Origin: an uncultured Candidatus Rokubacteria bacterium
GTDB lineage: Bacteria; Methylomirabilota; Methylomirabilia; Rokubacteriales; DASRDR01
Assembly: GCA_963708025.1 (NCBI GenBank)
Contig: CAVPSB010000018.1
Span: forward strand, 128,001 to 192,000
DNA length: 64,000 bases
Reading direction: 5' to 3'
The position numbers and the translations under genes were made by a program. The notes beneath the pieces are model-generated. The model had not been told where the DNA came from, made no database searches, and was given only the letters and a program-made list of their open reading frames with translations. Shown in pieces: positions 55,125-64,000 of this stretch (position 1 is the first letter of the stretch; the number at the start of each line of letters is the position of its first letter).

Positions 55125-56340
55125 ACGCCGGGTCGAGCGGGGGGAGCGGGGCGCCGAAGAAGAGTCGCCGCTGGAGGCGGGGCGCCAGCGGCGAGCGGAG
55201 CGCGAGCGGCAGCACCCACGGCAGGAGCGCGCGCACGAGCCGGCTCCCCCGGGCCTGGGCGAGGAGCAGCGCCTGGGCCCGGAGCTGGAGCTGGTGGAGC
55301 GTCCGCACGTCCCCCTCCCGCTGCGCCTGGACTCGGGCCAGGTCCGTCGCCCGGATCGGCCCGCGGCCGAGCCGCTGGTAGATCTCCTGGGCGGCCACCG
55401 CCGCCGTCGCCAGCGCCACGTTGACGCCGATCGCCCCGGCCGGGCTCATCGTGTGGGCGGCGTCCCCGATCAGCAGCAGACCGTCCCGAGCCCACTCCTT
55501 CACCAGCCGGATCAGCCCCTCCAGCGGGAAGAACGGGGTGAAGTCGCGCAGGCCGTCGGCGAAGCCGCCGAACACCGGGTCGAGGCGGCGGATGCGCGCG
55601 GCCACCGTGGCGACGCCCGTCTCGCGCCACCGCCGCCACTCGCCCTTCGGGAGGAAGATCCCCGCCTGGATGTGGCGCGGGTACTTCGGCAGCATCAGGC
55701 CCTGGACGTCCCGGCCCAGCGAGATGTAGATGGTGCTCGGCCAGTCGGCCGGCTGGTCGACGACGAACCAGATGATCTCGAAGTCGAGGTGCTCGTACTC
55801 GACGGCGAAGGCCCCCAGCCGGCGGAGCTGCGAGTACCGACCGTCGGCACCCACCACCAGGTCGGCCCGGACCTCGAACGGCTCCTTGCCGTGGCGCACG
55901 CCGCGTACGCCGACCACCACGCCGCCCTCCTCGACCAGCCCGGTGACCTTCGCGCCCATCCAGCACTGGAAGCTCGGGAACGGCTCGGCCTTGCGGAGGA
56001 GCGCCTCGAGGAAGATCGGCTGGGGCATCCAGATCGCGTAGGGGTATTCCGGGGCGATCCGGCTGAACCGGAACTCCCCCGCCGGCCGGCCGTTGACCCG
56101 GACGAGCCCGGAGGTCAGCGTGGAGTGCGGCTGAGCGCGCACGTACTCGAGGAGGCCCAGCTCGTCCAGGAGATGGGCCGTGCTCGGCTGGAGGACCTCG
56201 CCCCGGAACTCGCGGTCGAAGTTCTCGTGCCCCTCGAGCACGACGACCGGGGCACCGCGCTTGGCCAGCAAGAGCCCGAGCAGCAGGCCGGCCGGCCCCC
56301 CGCCGACGATGCAGACACCGGTCTTGATCGGGGCCATCAT
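55108..56340 (-). CDS. FAD-dependent monooxygenase (UbiH/PheA-like)
   Basis: GGGPAG, FDREFRGE, VGADGRYS, LIGDAAHTMSPAGAIGVN. Confidence 0.9.
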   Translation of the reverse strand: MMAPIKTGVCIVGGGPAGLLLGLLLAKRGAPVVVLEGHENFDREFRGEVLQPSTAHLLDELGLLEYVRAQPHSTLTSGLVRVNGRPAGEFRFSRIAPEYPYAIWMPQPIFLEALLRKAEPFPSFQCWMGAKVTGLVEEGGVVVGVRGVRHGKEPFEVRADLVVGADGRYSQLRRLGAFAVEYEHLDFEIIWFVVDQPADWPSTIYISLGRDVQGLMLPKYPRHIQAGIFLPKGEWRRWRETGVATVAARIRRLDPVFGGFADGLRDFTPFFPLEGLIRLVKEWARDGLLLIGDAAHTMSPAGAIGVNVALATAAVAAQEIYQRLGRGPIRATDLARVQAQREGDVRTLHQLQLRAQALLLAQARGSRLVRALLPWVLPLALRSPLAPRLQRRLFFGAPLPPLDPAFTFRA

Positions 56341-56490
56341 TTCGGGATCTCCCGCCTACCCCCCAACCCCCCTCCCGTCCGACGGGATCGTCGGGACGGC
56401 TTGGGCCTGCGGCCCTCGCGACGTCGACGGCCTTCGGTCGGCACGGGGGGGAGGGGGGGCCGGACGATTCCGTTCCTTCTCATGCCATCA
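56338..56490 (-). repeat. Family A element (1 near-intact and 1 degenerate module) supplying the downstream ATG
   Basis: Minus strand: TGA..GAGAAGGAA..CCCCCCCTCCCC..CCGAAGGCCGTC..GGCGGGAGATCCCGAAATG. Confidence 0.75.
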
Positions 56491-57438
56491 GGGCTCGGGC
56501 AGCGTGCCGATCCAGCGGGCGTGGGCGCGGAGGCCGGCCGAGGCGGCGCGGGCGGTGTCGCTCCGGAAGGCGGCCAGCTTCTCCCGCTTCGCCGCGGTCG
56601 CCTCGGGGATCGCCTCCTGGACCGCCCCGAGGTGCGTCTCGTAGTCGGCGCCCACCGGGCAGACGTCGTAGCAGCGCGTGCAGCCGGTGTAGACCCCGAC
56701 CCCGCGCAGCATGCTCTGCCAGATCATGAAGGTGTCCATGCTCTTGATCGGCTCCATCCGCTGGGCCGGCGGTGTTGCCAGGATGCGCTCGACGTGGCGC
56801 TCGACGAAGTGATAGCCGTACGGCGCGGAGTGCGGCGCGCAGCGCTCGAGCGAGAGCGTGAAGTGGCCGATGGCGTCCCCGGGGCAGGCGAGCAGACAGC
56901 GCCCGCACGCCTCGCCGAGACACAGCGCCGCCTCGCGTGGCCGGCCGGGCGCCAGCTCCGCCTGGGTGACCACCGCGCCCAGGATGACGCGCGGCCCGTA
57001 CTCGGGCGTCAGGAGCTGGAGGTCGAGCCCGAGGGTGCCGAGACCCGCCTCGACGGCCAGGTGGGGCAGCGAGAGCGTCTTGCCCGCGACCTCGACCTGG
57101 TGCGAGCGCGAGTAGGCCGACGGCGTGATGAGGGACGGGAAGCCGTGGTCCTCGAGGAAGCGGCCGACCTCGTAGGTGAGGTCCTCGACCTTGGTGAGCG
57201 CCAGCTCGCCGGCGTAGTGGACGTTCCGGTTGGCCGAGTCGGGCTCGCGCGACATCCCCCAGAGGAGCCGCCGGGCGACGACGACGACGCTGCGCGCCCC
57301 GCGCAGGATGTCCTCCGGGCCCTGGGGACAGCCGGGGACCGGGTACTCGGCCAGGACCCGCGCCGAGGCGATCCCGACGAGATCGGCGCCCAGCTCCCGC
57401 GCGCGGCGCTCGACGTCAGCCGCCTGGAGCGTTGACAA
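56488..57438 (-). CDS. QueG/reductive dehalogenase-like 2x[4Fe-4S] protein (paralog 2)
   Basis: ARELGADLVGIA, HLAVEAGLGTLG..LLTPEYGPRV, CX4CX2CX3CP and CX2CX3CP. Confidence 0.8.
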   Translation of the reverse strand: MSTLQAADVERRARELGADLVGIASARVLAEYPVPGCPQGPEDILRGARSVVVVARRLLWGMSREPDSANRNVHYAGELALTKVEDLTYEVGRFLEDHGFPSLITPSAYSRSHQVEVAGKTLSLPHLAVEAGLGTLGLDLQLLTPEYGPRVILGAVVTQAELAPGRPREAALCLGEACGRCLLACPGDAIGHFTLSLERCAPHSAPYGYHFVERHVERILATPPAQRMEPIKSMDTFMIWQSMLRGVGVYTGCTRCYDVCPVGADYETHLGAVQEAIPEATAAKREKLAAFRSDTARAASAGLRAHARWIGTLPEP

Positions 57439-58441
57439 CCGGCAGCCTCTTCAGTCCCTTGTAGCCGTCCTCGCCGAGCCAGCGCCGGGCGATGGGCGTG
57501 GCGTAGTGGGCCCGCCCGCCGGCCTTGACCGCCTCCCGCATGTCCTGGAGCTTCTCCGTCCGCTCGGCGTCCTTCTCCGGGATCGCCCGGTGCTCGCGGG
57601 CCAGGTACGGCTGGTAGTCGCCGCCGACCGGGCAGACCTCGAGGCAGCGCGGGCAGGCCGCGTAGGAGTTCGACAGCCGGACCAGCGCCGCCCACTTCTT
57701 CCGCATGGCGGGTCCCTGGACGACGCGCCGGACGTCGGCGTCGCTCCCGGCCCGCGCCAGCTCCCGGAGGGGCCCGTAGATGATGCTGGAGACCCCGTCC
57801 GGCTGGGCGGCCAGCGCGCACTTCCGCTTGTCCAGCCCCCAGTGGAGCACGGCGTTCGGCGGGCACGCCAGCAGACAGCGGCCGCACGGCTCGCCGATGC
57901 AGAGCTGGTCGGTGAGGCGGGCGTCGGGCGCCAGCTCCGCGTCGGTCAGCACCGCCCCCTGGTAAACGCGGGGACCGAACTCGGGGGTGAGGAGATTGAC
58001 CTCTAGCCCGAGCGTGCCCATGCCGGCCTCGACCCCGACGTGGCGGAGCGAGAGCCAGCCGTAGCTCCCGCGCTTGAGCGCGGGGTCGGTCTCCTCGGTG
58101 GCGACCTGGAAGGCGTGAGCGCCCTGTTCTTCCAGCCAGTACGACAGCTCGAGCGAGACCCTTTCAGTCTTCCGGAGGAGGAGCTGCGCCGCCAGCGAGA
58201 GGCAGGTCGCGTTCTCGGTGAGGAACATCCCCCACGGCATCCGGATCGCGGTGATGATGCAGCTCGTCATCCGCGCCGAGATGCGGGACGGGATCTGGGG
58301 CCAGGCCGGGTCCGGCGGCTGGGTCTCCAGCGTGGCGCAGGCGACCACGTTGACGAGGTCCGCCCCCAGCGCCCGGGCCTTCGCCTTGACGGCGGCGGTG
58401 GTGAGCGGCGTCGCCGCCGTCCCGCGGGATGACTGGCTCAC
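57416..58441 (-). CDS. QueG/reductive dehalogenase-like 2x[4Fe-4S] protein (paralog 1)
   Basis: ARALGADLV, SLRHVGVEAGMGTLG..LLTPEFGPRV..VLTD, CIGEPCGRCLLACP, CPRCLEVCPVG. Confidence 0.8.
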   Translation of the reverse strand: MSQSSRGTAATPLTTAAVKAKARALGADLVNVVACATLETQPPDPAWPQIPSRISARMTSCIITAIRMPWGMFLTENATCLSLAAQLLLRKTERVSLELSYWLEEQGAHAFQVATEETDPALKRGSYGWLSLRHVGVEAGMGTLGLEVNLLTPEFGPRVYQGAVLTDAELAPDARLTDQLCIGEPCGRCLLACPPNAVLHWGLDKRKCALAAQPDGVSSIIYGPLRELARAGSDADVRRVVQGPAMRKKWAALVRLSNSYAACPRCLEVCPVGGDYQPYLAREHRAIPEKDAERTEKLQDMREAVKAGGRAHYATPIARRWLGEDGYKGLKRLPVVNAPGG

Positions 58442-58481
58442 CCGGCCGCCGCCGCCTTCGGCCGCGGGCCGACGGCCCGGC

Positions 58482-59456
58482 TCACTGGATCACCTCGTCC
58501 GCCCGCTGGAGCACGGACTGGGGGATTGTGAGGCCGAGGGCTTTCGCAGCCCGGAGGTTGAGGACCAGCTCGAACTTGGTGGGCTGCTCGACGGGCAGGT
58601 CGGCCGGCTTCGTGCCCTTGAGGATCCTGTCCACGAAGACGGCGGCTCGTCGCCAGATTTCCGGGAAGTTCACGGCGTAGGCCATCAGACCACCTGCCTC
58701 GGCGTATTCCTTGAAGCCGATCGTCGGTAGTCGGTTCTTGGCGGCGAGATCCGCGACCCGTCGCGCATTCGCGATCAGCATCGCGTCGTCGAGCACCACG
58801 ACCCCGTCGACCCCCCTCTTGACCATCGCCGAGAAGGCCCCGGGAAAGTCCTCGGGTCCGCGGACCTCCACCACCTGAAGGTCCATCTTCAGGGACTGAG
58901 CGATCAGCTCCATTGCTCTGATCGCGCCCGGAATCGCGGGGTTGTCTGGATTCCCGAAGGCTGCCATCCGGCGGGCCCGTGGCACGACTTCCTTGAGGAG
59001 CTCCACCCGCTTCGCGTTGAGCTCGGGGAAGAAGAAGTTGGATCCCGTGAGGTTCCCGCCCGGGCGCGCGATGCTCGCGATCAGCCCGGTCGCCACGGCG
59101 TCTCCGCTGATCGCCATGACGATGGGGATCGTCGTGGTCGCTTGCTTGGCCGCCCGGCTCCCGGCCGTCCCGTGCGTGACGATCAGGTCGACCTTCAGCC
59201 GGACCAGCTCCGCCGCGAGGGCGGGAAGCCGGTCGTAATGGTCATCGGCCCAGCGGTACTCGATGGCGACGTTTCTGCCCTCCACGTAGCCGAGGTCGCG
59301 GAGCCCCTCCCGGAACGCCTCGACGAGGTGGGCGTAGTAGCCGGAAGGGGAGGCGGCGCCAAGGAAGCCGATGCGGTACATCTTCCCCGTCGGCTGGGCC
59401 TCGGCCGCGAGCGGTGTGGCGAGGAGCGCCAGAGCGAGCAGGGCAAACCGCTTCAT
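58482..59456 (-). CDS. Orphan ABC substrate-binding protein (ABC_sub_bind type)
   Basis: RIGFLG, GLRDLGYVEGRNVAIEYRWA, ARPGGNLTG, KPADLPVEQPTKFELVLNL. Confidence 0.9.
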   Translation of the reverse strand: MKRFALLALALLATPLAAEAQPTGKMYRIGFLGAASPSGYYAHLVEAFREGLRDLGYVEGRNVAIEYRWADDHYDRLPALAAELVRLKVDLIVTHGTAGSRAAKQATTTIPIVMAISGDAVATGLIASIARPGGNLTGSNFFFPELNAKRVELLKEVVPRARRMAAFGNPDNPAIPGAIRAMELIAQSLKMDLQVVEVRGPEDFPGAFSAMVKRGVDGVVVLDDAMLIANARRVADLAAKNRLPTIGFKEYAEAGGLMAYAVNFPEIWRRAAVFVDRILKGTKPADLPVEQPTKFELVLNLRAAKALGLTIPQSVLQRADEVIQ

Positions 59457-59479
59457 GGCGGGAACCTCCGATGGCCGGG

Positions 59480-59509
59480 ATGCTACGCCGAGTCCGGGGA
59501 GCAGGTCAA
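59480..59509 (-). promoter_or_regulatory. Putative sigma70 promoter
   Basis: TTGACC-18nt-TAGCAT, then GGAGG RBS. Confidence 0.5.
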
Positions 59510-59528
59510 CATCGCAGCGCGCGATGGT

Positions 59529-60767
59529 CTAGCCGGACGGGTGGGCGACCGGCCCGAAGCGCTCGCGGAACGCGGCTTCGCTCAGCCGGGCTTCCTGGGC
59601 GAGCGCGCGGAGCTGGACAGGGTCGGCCAGATCCTCGGGCTTGAGCCGGATCATGTAGGCGGAGAGCGTCTGGTACATCTCCGAGCTGACGTCGACCATG
59701 CGGACCCGGATGCGGCCCGTCGCCGGATCGAGCATGTCGGCGAAGGCCACCGGGATGAGCTTGCCGCCCTGGATCGTGACCATCGCGCCCCGTCCCCCCT
59801 CCAGCAGGTGGCGGGTCGCCCAGTAGCCGAGACTCCGGCAGTACTGGATGTCGTAGCCGCCGGGGGGAGCGCAGCGCAGCTCGTAGCCCAGGTCCTTGGC
59901 CACGATGGTCGTCCCGAGCCCGCGCGCCGCCAGGGAGGCCGTGACCCGCTCCTTGAGCAGCCGCCCGAGGTCCAGCTCCGACAGCCGGATGTTGCCGTAG
60001 CCGTCGCGCTCCACGGCGCCCAGCGTGGCGGGATCGAGCCCGTCGGCGATCCCCTCGGAGAGCAGCGCGACCCCGTGGTCGCGGCCCTGGGTCCGGCGCT
60101 TGACGATGGCGCCCTCCAGGATGTCGGCGACCCGGTCGAGCGAGACCGGGGTCTCGGCGAACTCCTCCCGGATCACGGTGACGGTGGCGCCGGCGGAGCC
60201 GCCGATGCCGAGGGCCAGGTGGCCGGCCCGGCGGCCCATCACGGTGACGAAGAACCACCGCTCGGTCGTGGCCGCGTCCTCCATCAGGTTGCGGACGAGG
60301 TCCTTGCCGAGGTTGCAGGCGGTCGCGAACCCGAAGGTGATGACCTCCGGCGGCAGCGGCAGGTCGTTGTCGATCGTCTTCGGGACGTGGGCGACGCCGA
60401 CCTCGGCGCCGAGCGCGGCGGAGAGCCGGGAGGCGGCGAACGCAGTGTCGTCACCTCCGATGGTGAGGAGATAGGCGACGCCGAGCTGGCGGAGCGCGGT
60501 GACGACGTTGACCAGCGTCTGGTCCGACTTGGCGGGGTTCTCGCGCGAGGTGCGGAGGATCGAGCCGCCCTCGAAGTGAATGCGGGAGACGTCGGCGATC
60601 TCCAGCTCGCGGACGTGGGTCGTCTCGCCGCGGCTCAGCCACTTGAAGCCGTCGTAGATCCCGAGCACCCGGAGGCCGTGGTTGCGGGCCTCGATGGTGG
60701 CGGCGGCGATCACGCCGTTGATGCCGGGGGCGGGACCCCCACCGACCAGGATGGCCAGCGTCTTCAT
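59529..60767 (-). CDS. pfp: Pyrophosphate-dependent 6-phosphofructokinase
   Basis: GGGPAPGIN, GGDDT (Asp at the PPi-determining site), PKTIDND, MGR, LGYELRC. Confidence 0.88.
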   Translation of the reverse strand: MKTLAILVGGGPAPGINGVIAAATIEARNHGLRVLGIYDGFKWLSRGETTHVRELEIADVSRIHFEGGSILRTSRENPAKSDQTLVNVVTALRQLGVAYLLTIGGDDTAFAASRLSAALGAEVGVAHVPKTIDNDLPLPPEVITFGFATACNLGKDLVRNLMEDAATTERWFFVTVMGRRAGHLALGIGGSAGATVTVIREEFAETPVSLDRVADILEGAIVKRRTQGRDHGVALLSEGIADGLDPATLGAVERDGYGNIRLSELDLGRLLKERVTASLAARGLGTTIVAKDLGYELRCAPPGGYDIQYCRSLGYWATRHLLEGGRGAMVTIQGGKLIPVAFADMLDPATGRIRVRMVDVSSEMYQTLSAYMIRLKPEDLADPVQLRALAQEARLSEAAFRERFGPVAHPSG

Positions 60768-60918
60768 CCGGACCTCCCACACCATGGTACCGGTAGCGGG
60801 ACGAGAAGGCGAACGGAACGCGAGCCCCGGCCGGGAGGCCGAGGGGGCGAGGCTCCGTCCGGGGCCGCCTCATGACGAGTTGTAAATTCCCGGGACCCAT
60901 ACTAGGGTCCTATGGCGG

Positions 60919-61698
60919 ATGATGTTCGCATCGCCCGGGCCGATCGCCCTTTCCCTTGGGCCGTTCCACATCCGCTGGTATGGCCTGTTGCTGGGAACGG
61001 CCGCGCTCCTCGGATTCGCCCTCGCCCAGCGCGAAGCCGTGCGACGGGGCGAGCCGCTCGAGCCGTTCCTCACGGCCTGCTCGGTCACGCTGGCCGGGGC
61101 GATCGTCGGGGCGCGCCTCTATCACGTCGCCTTCCACCTCGACTACTTCAGTCGCTTTCCGCTGAAGGTGCTCGCCCTATGGGAAGGCGGCGCGGGGATC
61201 TTCGGCGGGGTCCTGGGCGGCCCCCTGGCGGCGGCGGTCTACACCTGGCGGCACCGCCTCCCCCTGGGACGGTATCTCGACATCATGGTGCCGTACCTCG
61301 CGCTGGGCCAGGCCATCGGCCGGTGGGGGAACTTCTTCAACGAGGAGGCGTTCGGGCCCCCGACGGACCTTCCCTGGGGGCTGTACATCTCGCCTGGCCG
61401 TCGCCCGGACGGCTTCACCAGCGTCGAGTCTTTTCATCCGACCTTCCTCTACGAGTCCCTGTGGAACCTGGCGGTGTTCGCGATCCTGTTCTTCGTCCTG
61501 CGCAAGCGGCTGGCCGCCCGACCCGGCACGCTCTTCTGCGCGTACCTCGCCCTCTACGCCGTCGGGCGGTTCGCGCTGGAGACGCTCCGGCTCGACAGCG
61601 AGCCGCTGGGGCCGTTCCGATCGGCCCAGGTCGTCGCCGCCGGCTGCCTGCTCGTCGCCGCGGTGGCGATCCCGTGGCTCTGGTCCCGGCGGCGATGA
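60919..61698 (+). CDS. lgt: Prolipoprotein diacylglyceryl transferase
   Basis: IRWYG, GARLYHV, GQAIGRWGNFFNEEAFG, HPTFLYES. Confidence 0.95.
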   Translation: MMFASPGPIALSLGPFHIRWYGLLLGTAALLGFALAQREAVRRGEPLEPFLTACSVTLAGAIVGARLYHVAFHLDYFSRFPLKVLALWEGGAGIFGGVLGGPLAAAVYTWRHRLPLGRYLDIMVPYLALGQAIGRWGNFFNEEAFGPPTDLPWGLYISPGRRPDGFTSVESFHPTFLYESLWNLAVFAILFFVLRKRLAARPGTLFCAYLALYAVGRFALETLRLDSEPLGPFRSAQVVAAGCLLVAAVAIPWLWSRRR

Positions 61699-63344
61699 GA
61701 GCGTGTGAAGGAATCGGGTCCTCCGACTCCCCCCTCCCCCCGGTGGGTGGGGGAGGGGGGCTGGGGGGGTGGGCGGGAGGTCCCGAACAGATACGCCGAA
61801 CGCTCCGCCAGCTCGCGCTGGCGTCGGGCGCCGGCGTCCTCTGCTTCCTCGGGTACGTCGGCTTCGGCATCGTTCCCCTGATCTTCGTCTGCCTGGTCCC
61901 GCTCTTCTTCGCGGTCGCCGACGCGACGCCGGGCCGGGCCTTCGGGCTCGGAGCCGTCTTCGGGCTGGTCGGGAACCTGGGCGCCCTGTACTGGATCGTC
62001 CATCTCCTCACGGTGTTCGCGGACCTGAGCCTCCCGCTGGCCCTGCTCGCCTGCGGGCTCCTCTGCCTCTACTGCGGGCTCGTCTTCGGCATCGCGATGT
62101 GGATCGTGCGGCGGCTCGCGCTCGACGGGGGCGTCGCCCCGGCCTTCGGGCTCGCGCTGGCGTTGCCGGCCATCGAGCTCGCGTATCCGCTCATCTTCCC
62201 CTACTTCCTCGGGAACGCCCTGTACTCGATCCCCGTGCTCACCCAGGTCGTGGAGGTGACGGGTGTCCCCGGGCTCACGGCGCTCGTCGCCGTCGTGAAC
62301 GGCGCCTGCTACGAGCTGGCCGAGGCCGGCCTCTGGCGCCGTCGGGTCGCCCGGGGCCCGGTGGCGGTGGCCCTGGCGGCGGTCGTCGCCTGCGCGGGCT
62401 TCGGGCTCGCGCGCATCCCGGCCGTCGACCGTGTCGCGGAGGGGGCGAGGAAGATCCGGGTGGCCGTCGTGCAGACGAACATCGGCGCCCGCGAGAAGGC
62501 CGACCGGGCCGTCGAGTTCGTCCGGCGGCATCAGCTCATGTCGAGGGAGGCCGAGGCCGAGCACGGGCCCTTCGACCTCATCGTCTGGCCGGAGTCGGCG
62601 TTCAACGCCCTCGTGCCGCGCGCCGTCCGGAACGTCCGGGCCCTCACCGAGGGGATCCAGGCCCCCGTCGTCCTCGGCACCCTGGTGACCGATCGCGGGC
62701 CCGGCGGCGAGCAGCGCGTGTACAACAGCGTCCTGCTCACGTCGGCCACCGGCGGCGTGCTCGGGATCTTCGACAAGGTCGAGCTGCTCGTGTTCGGCGA
62801 GACGCTGCCCTTCGTCGACACCTTCCCGTCGATCAAGGACTGGTTCCCGCGCAGCTCGACGTTCGACCGCGGGACCACATTCCGGCACCTGCGCATGGAG
62901 GACGGCACCGCCCTGCTGCCGATGATCTGCTACGAGGACATCATCCCCGCCTTCGTCCGCCGCATGTGGAGGGCGGACGGCCCCGCCGACGTGCTGGTCA
63001 ACGTGACCAACGACTCGTGGTACGGCGACACGCGGGAGCCGCGGATCCACCTCGCGCTCGCGTCGTTCCGGAGCATCGAGACCCGCCGGGCGATGATCCG
63101 CTCGACCAACACCGGGATCAGCGCCATCGTCGATCCGGTGGGGCGCATCGTGAAGCGGACCGGGCAGTGGACGCGGGAGACCCTGGTCGCGGAGGTGCCG
63201 GTCATCCGGGACGGCTCCAGCAGCCCGTACATGACCCTCGGGGACGCGTACGGCTGGCTGTCGGGTCTCGCCGCGCTCGGGCTCCTGGCCCGGGGCCGCG
63301 CGCGCCGCCGGGCCCTACCGTCTCCCCACCGGCCGAGCGAGTAG
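61695..63344 (+). CDS. lnt: Apolipoprotein N-acyltransferase
   Basis: Multi-TM N-half; VQTNI, WPES, YNS, K.EL..FGE, ICYE, NVTNDSWYG, RSTNTGIS; first ~31 aa come from a family A repeat. Confidence 0.92.
   Translation: MRACEGIGSSDSPLPPVGGGGGLGGWAGGPEQIRRTLRQLALASGAGVLCFLGYVGFGIVPLIFVCLVPLFFAVADATPGRAFGLGAVFGLVGNLGALYWIVHLLTVFADLSLPLALLACGLLCLYCGLVFGIAMWIVRRLALDGGVAPAFGLALALPAIELAYPLIFPYFLGNALYSIPVLTQVVEVTGVPGLTALVAVVNGACYELAEAGLWRRRVARGPVAVALAAVVACAGFGLARIPAVDRVAEGARKIRVAVVQTNIGAREKADRAVEFVRRHQLMSREAEAEHGPFDLIVWPESAFNALVPRAVRNVRALTEGIQAPVVLGTLVTDRGPGGEQRVYNSVLLTSATGGVLGIFDKVELLVFGETLPFVDTFPSIKDWFPRSSTFDRGTTFRHLRMEDGTALLPMICYEDIIPAFVRRMWRADGPADVLVNVTNDSWYGDTREPRIHLALASFRSIETRRAMIRSTNTGISAIVDPVGRIVKRTGQWTRETLVAEVPVIRDGSSSPYMTLGDAYGWLSGLAALGLLARGRARRRALPSPHRPSE
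61696..61788 (+). repeat. Family A element with no hairpin module (bare scaffold)
   Basis: TGAGAGCGTGTGAAGGAAT..CTCCGACTCCCCCCTCCCC..GGGCGGGAGGTCCCGAAC. Confidence 0.85.
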
Positions 63345-64000
63345 AGGGAGGGCGGGGGAGCCGACGACCTCGAGACCCATCCGGCCGTCCGGGCGGAGCC
63401 CGTAGTGGAGGGGCCCCTGGGGAACACGCTGCTCCACCTCCAGGGCTCCCGCATCCATGTGCTCCCAGATGACCTGGAAGGGCGCTTTCCCGGCCACCCA
63501 CTTCTCGACGAGGATGATGCCGTGGCCGGGGAGGACCGTGAACACCACCTGGCGGGGATCGTCCGGGCTCTGGAGCGCTTCGGAGCCCGCCAGCGCCCGG
63601 GTCACGCCGCGGGCCTGGGCCTCGGTGGCGCAGGAGACGGGGTAGTGCTGGTAGGCGGCGGGGAGCGGCGCGTACTCGACGCGCCGCGGGTCGTAGGCCG
63701 CGACGCCGCGATGGCCGTGGAGCTTCGACCGGGCGACGGGAACCCGGCCGCTGGTGCCCCCGGGCGGATCCAGCGCGATGGTGGGCAGGGCCTGGTCCAT
63801 CATCATCATCTCGACCGCCTCCGAGGATGGCGGGACATCGGCCCGGCCCTCCACGGAGCGCACCAGGGCGCCCTGCCCATCGGGCCGGACGCCGACGATG
63901 ACGGCCACCTCGTCCTCGCGAACGTTCCCCTTGTTGACGGGCCGCGCGCTCCCCGTCGCGGTCGCGACCAGCGCGCCCAGATCGGGATCCCAGGTGGCGA
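63315..64000 (-). CDS. Hypothetical protein (5'-partial), possibly class II aldolase-like fold
   Basis: Open to the window end; KLHGH and LPGHG motifs. Confidence 0.55.
   Translation of the reverse strand, partial: ATWDPDLGALVATATGSARPVNKGNVREDEVAVIVGVRPDGQGALVRSVEGRADVPPSSEAVEMMMMDQALPTIALDPPGGTSGRVPVARSKLHGHRGVAAYDPRRVEYAPLPAAYQHYPVSCATEAQARGVTRALAGSEALQSPDDPRQVVFTVLPGHGIILVEKWVAGKAPFQVIWEHMDAGALEVEQRVPQGPLHYGLRPDGRMGLEVVGSPALPLLARPVGRR

Noticed and set aside
56488-58441. Assigning queG or rdhA symbols
   Set aside because: The proteins lack the distinguishing domains (QueG extension, Tat leader/RdhB); only superfamily-level support.
58218-58730. Plus-strand ORF with SLDHLVRPLEHGLGDCEAEG...
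   Set aside because: Antisense reading of the conserved ABC_sub_bind C-terminus.

Overview
High-GC bacterial chromosomal window. Gene content and style (orphan ABC_sub_bind protein, Liv/sugar ABC operons, hemE-hemH-hemY, Arg-rich short ORFs) suggest Ca. Rokubacteria/Methylomirabilota; this is inference only. It carries mostly metabolic and housekeeping genes: M48 peptidase, DegP/DegQ, treY, CocE hydrolase, SDR, FAD oxidoreductases, beta-carbonic anhydrase, amidase, heme biosynthesis, two ABC systems, gntK-tkt-zwf-opcA, PPi-type PFK and lgt-lnt. No rRNA, tRNA, CRISPR array or transposase was seen. Main unusual features: (1) modular palindromic repeats at operon junctions. There are two unrelated scaffolds (family A, 6 copies; family B, 2 MITE-like copies), and both carry 0-3 copies of the same 15-bp hairpin module GACGGCCTTCGGCCT. 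They mostly start at a gene's stop codon and often stay open as translationally coupled peptides or N/C-terminal extensions. (2) A decaying PqqD-like/HPr-kinase-like/GT2/nucleotidyltransferase cluster in which genes have collapsed by internal deletion while keeping both ends. (3) A tandem pair of QueG/reductive-dehalogenase-like Fe-S proteins next to a flavin monooxygenase. (4) An in-frame AbrB-VapC fusion, a Gfo/Idh/MocA-GT2 fusion and a run of small hypothetical/immunity-like genes. Many single-base frameshifts between ~31 and 52 kb look like long-read consensus errors, which limits confidence in fusion and pseudogene calls there.
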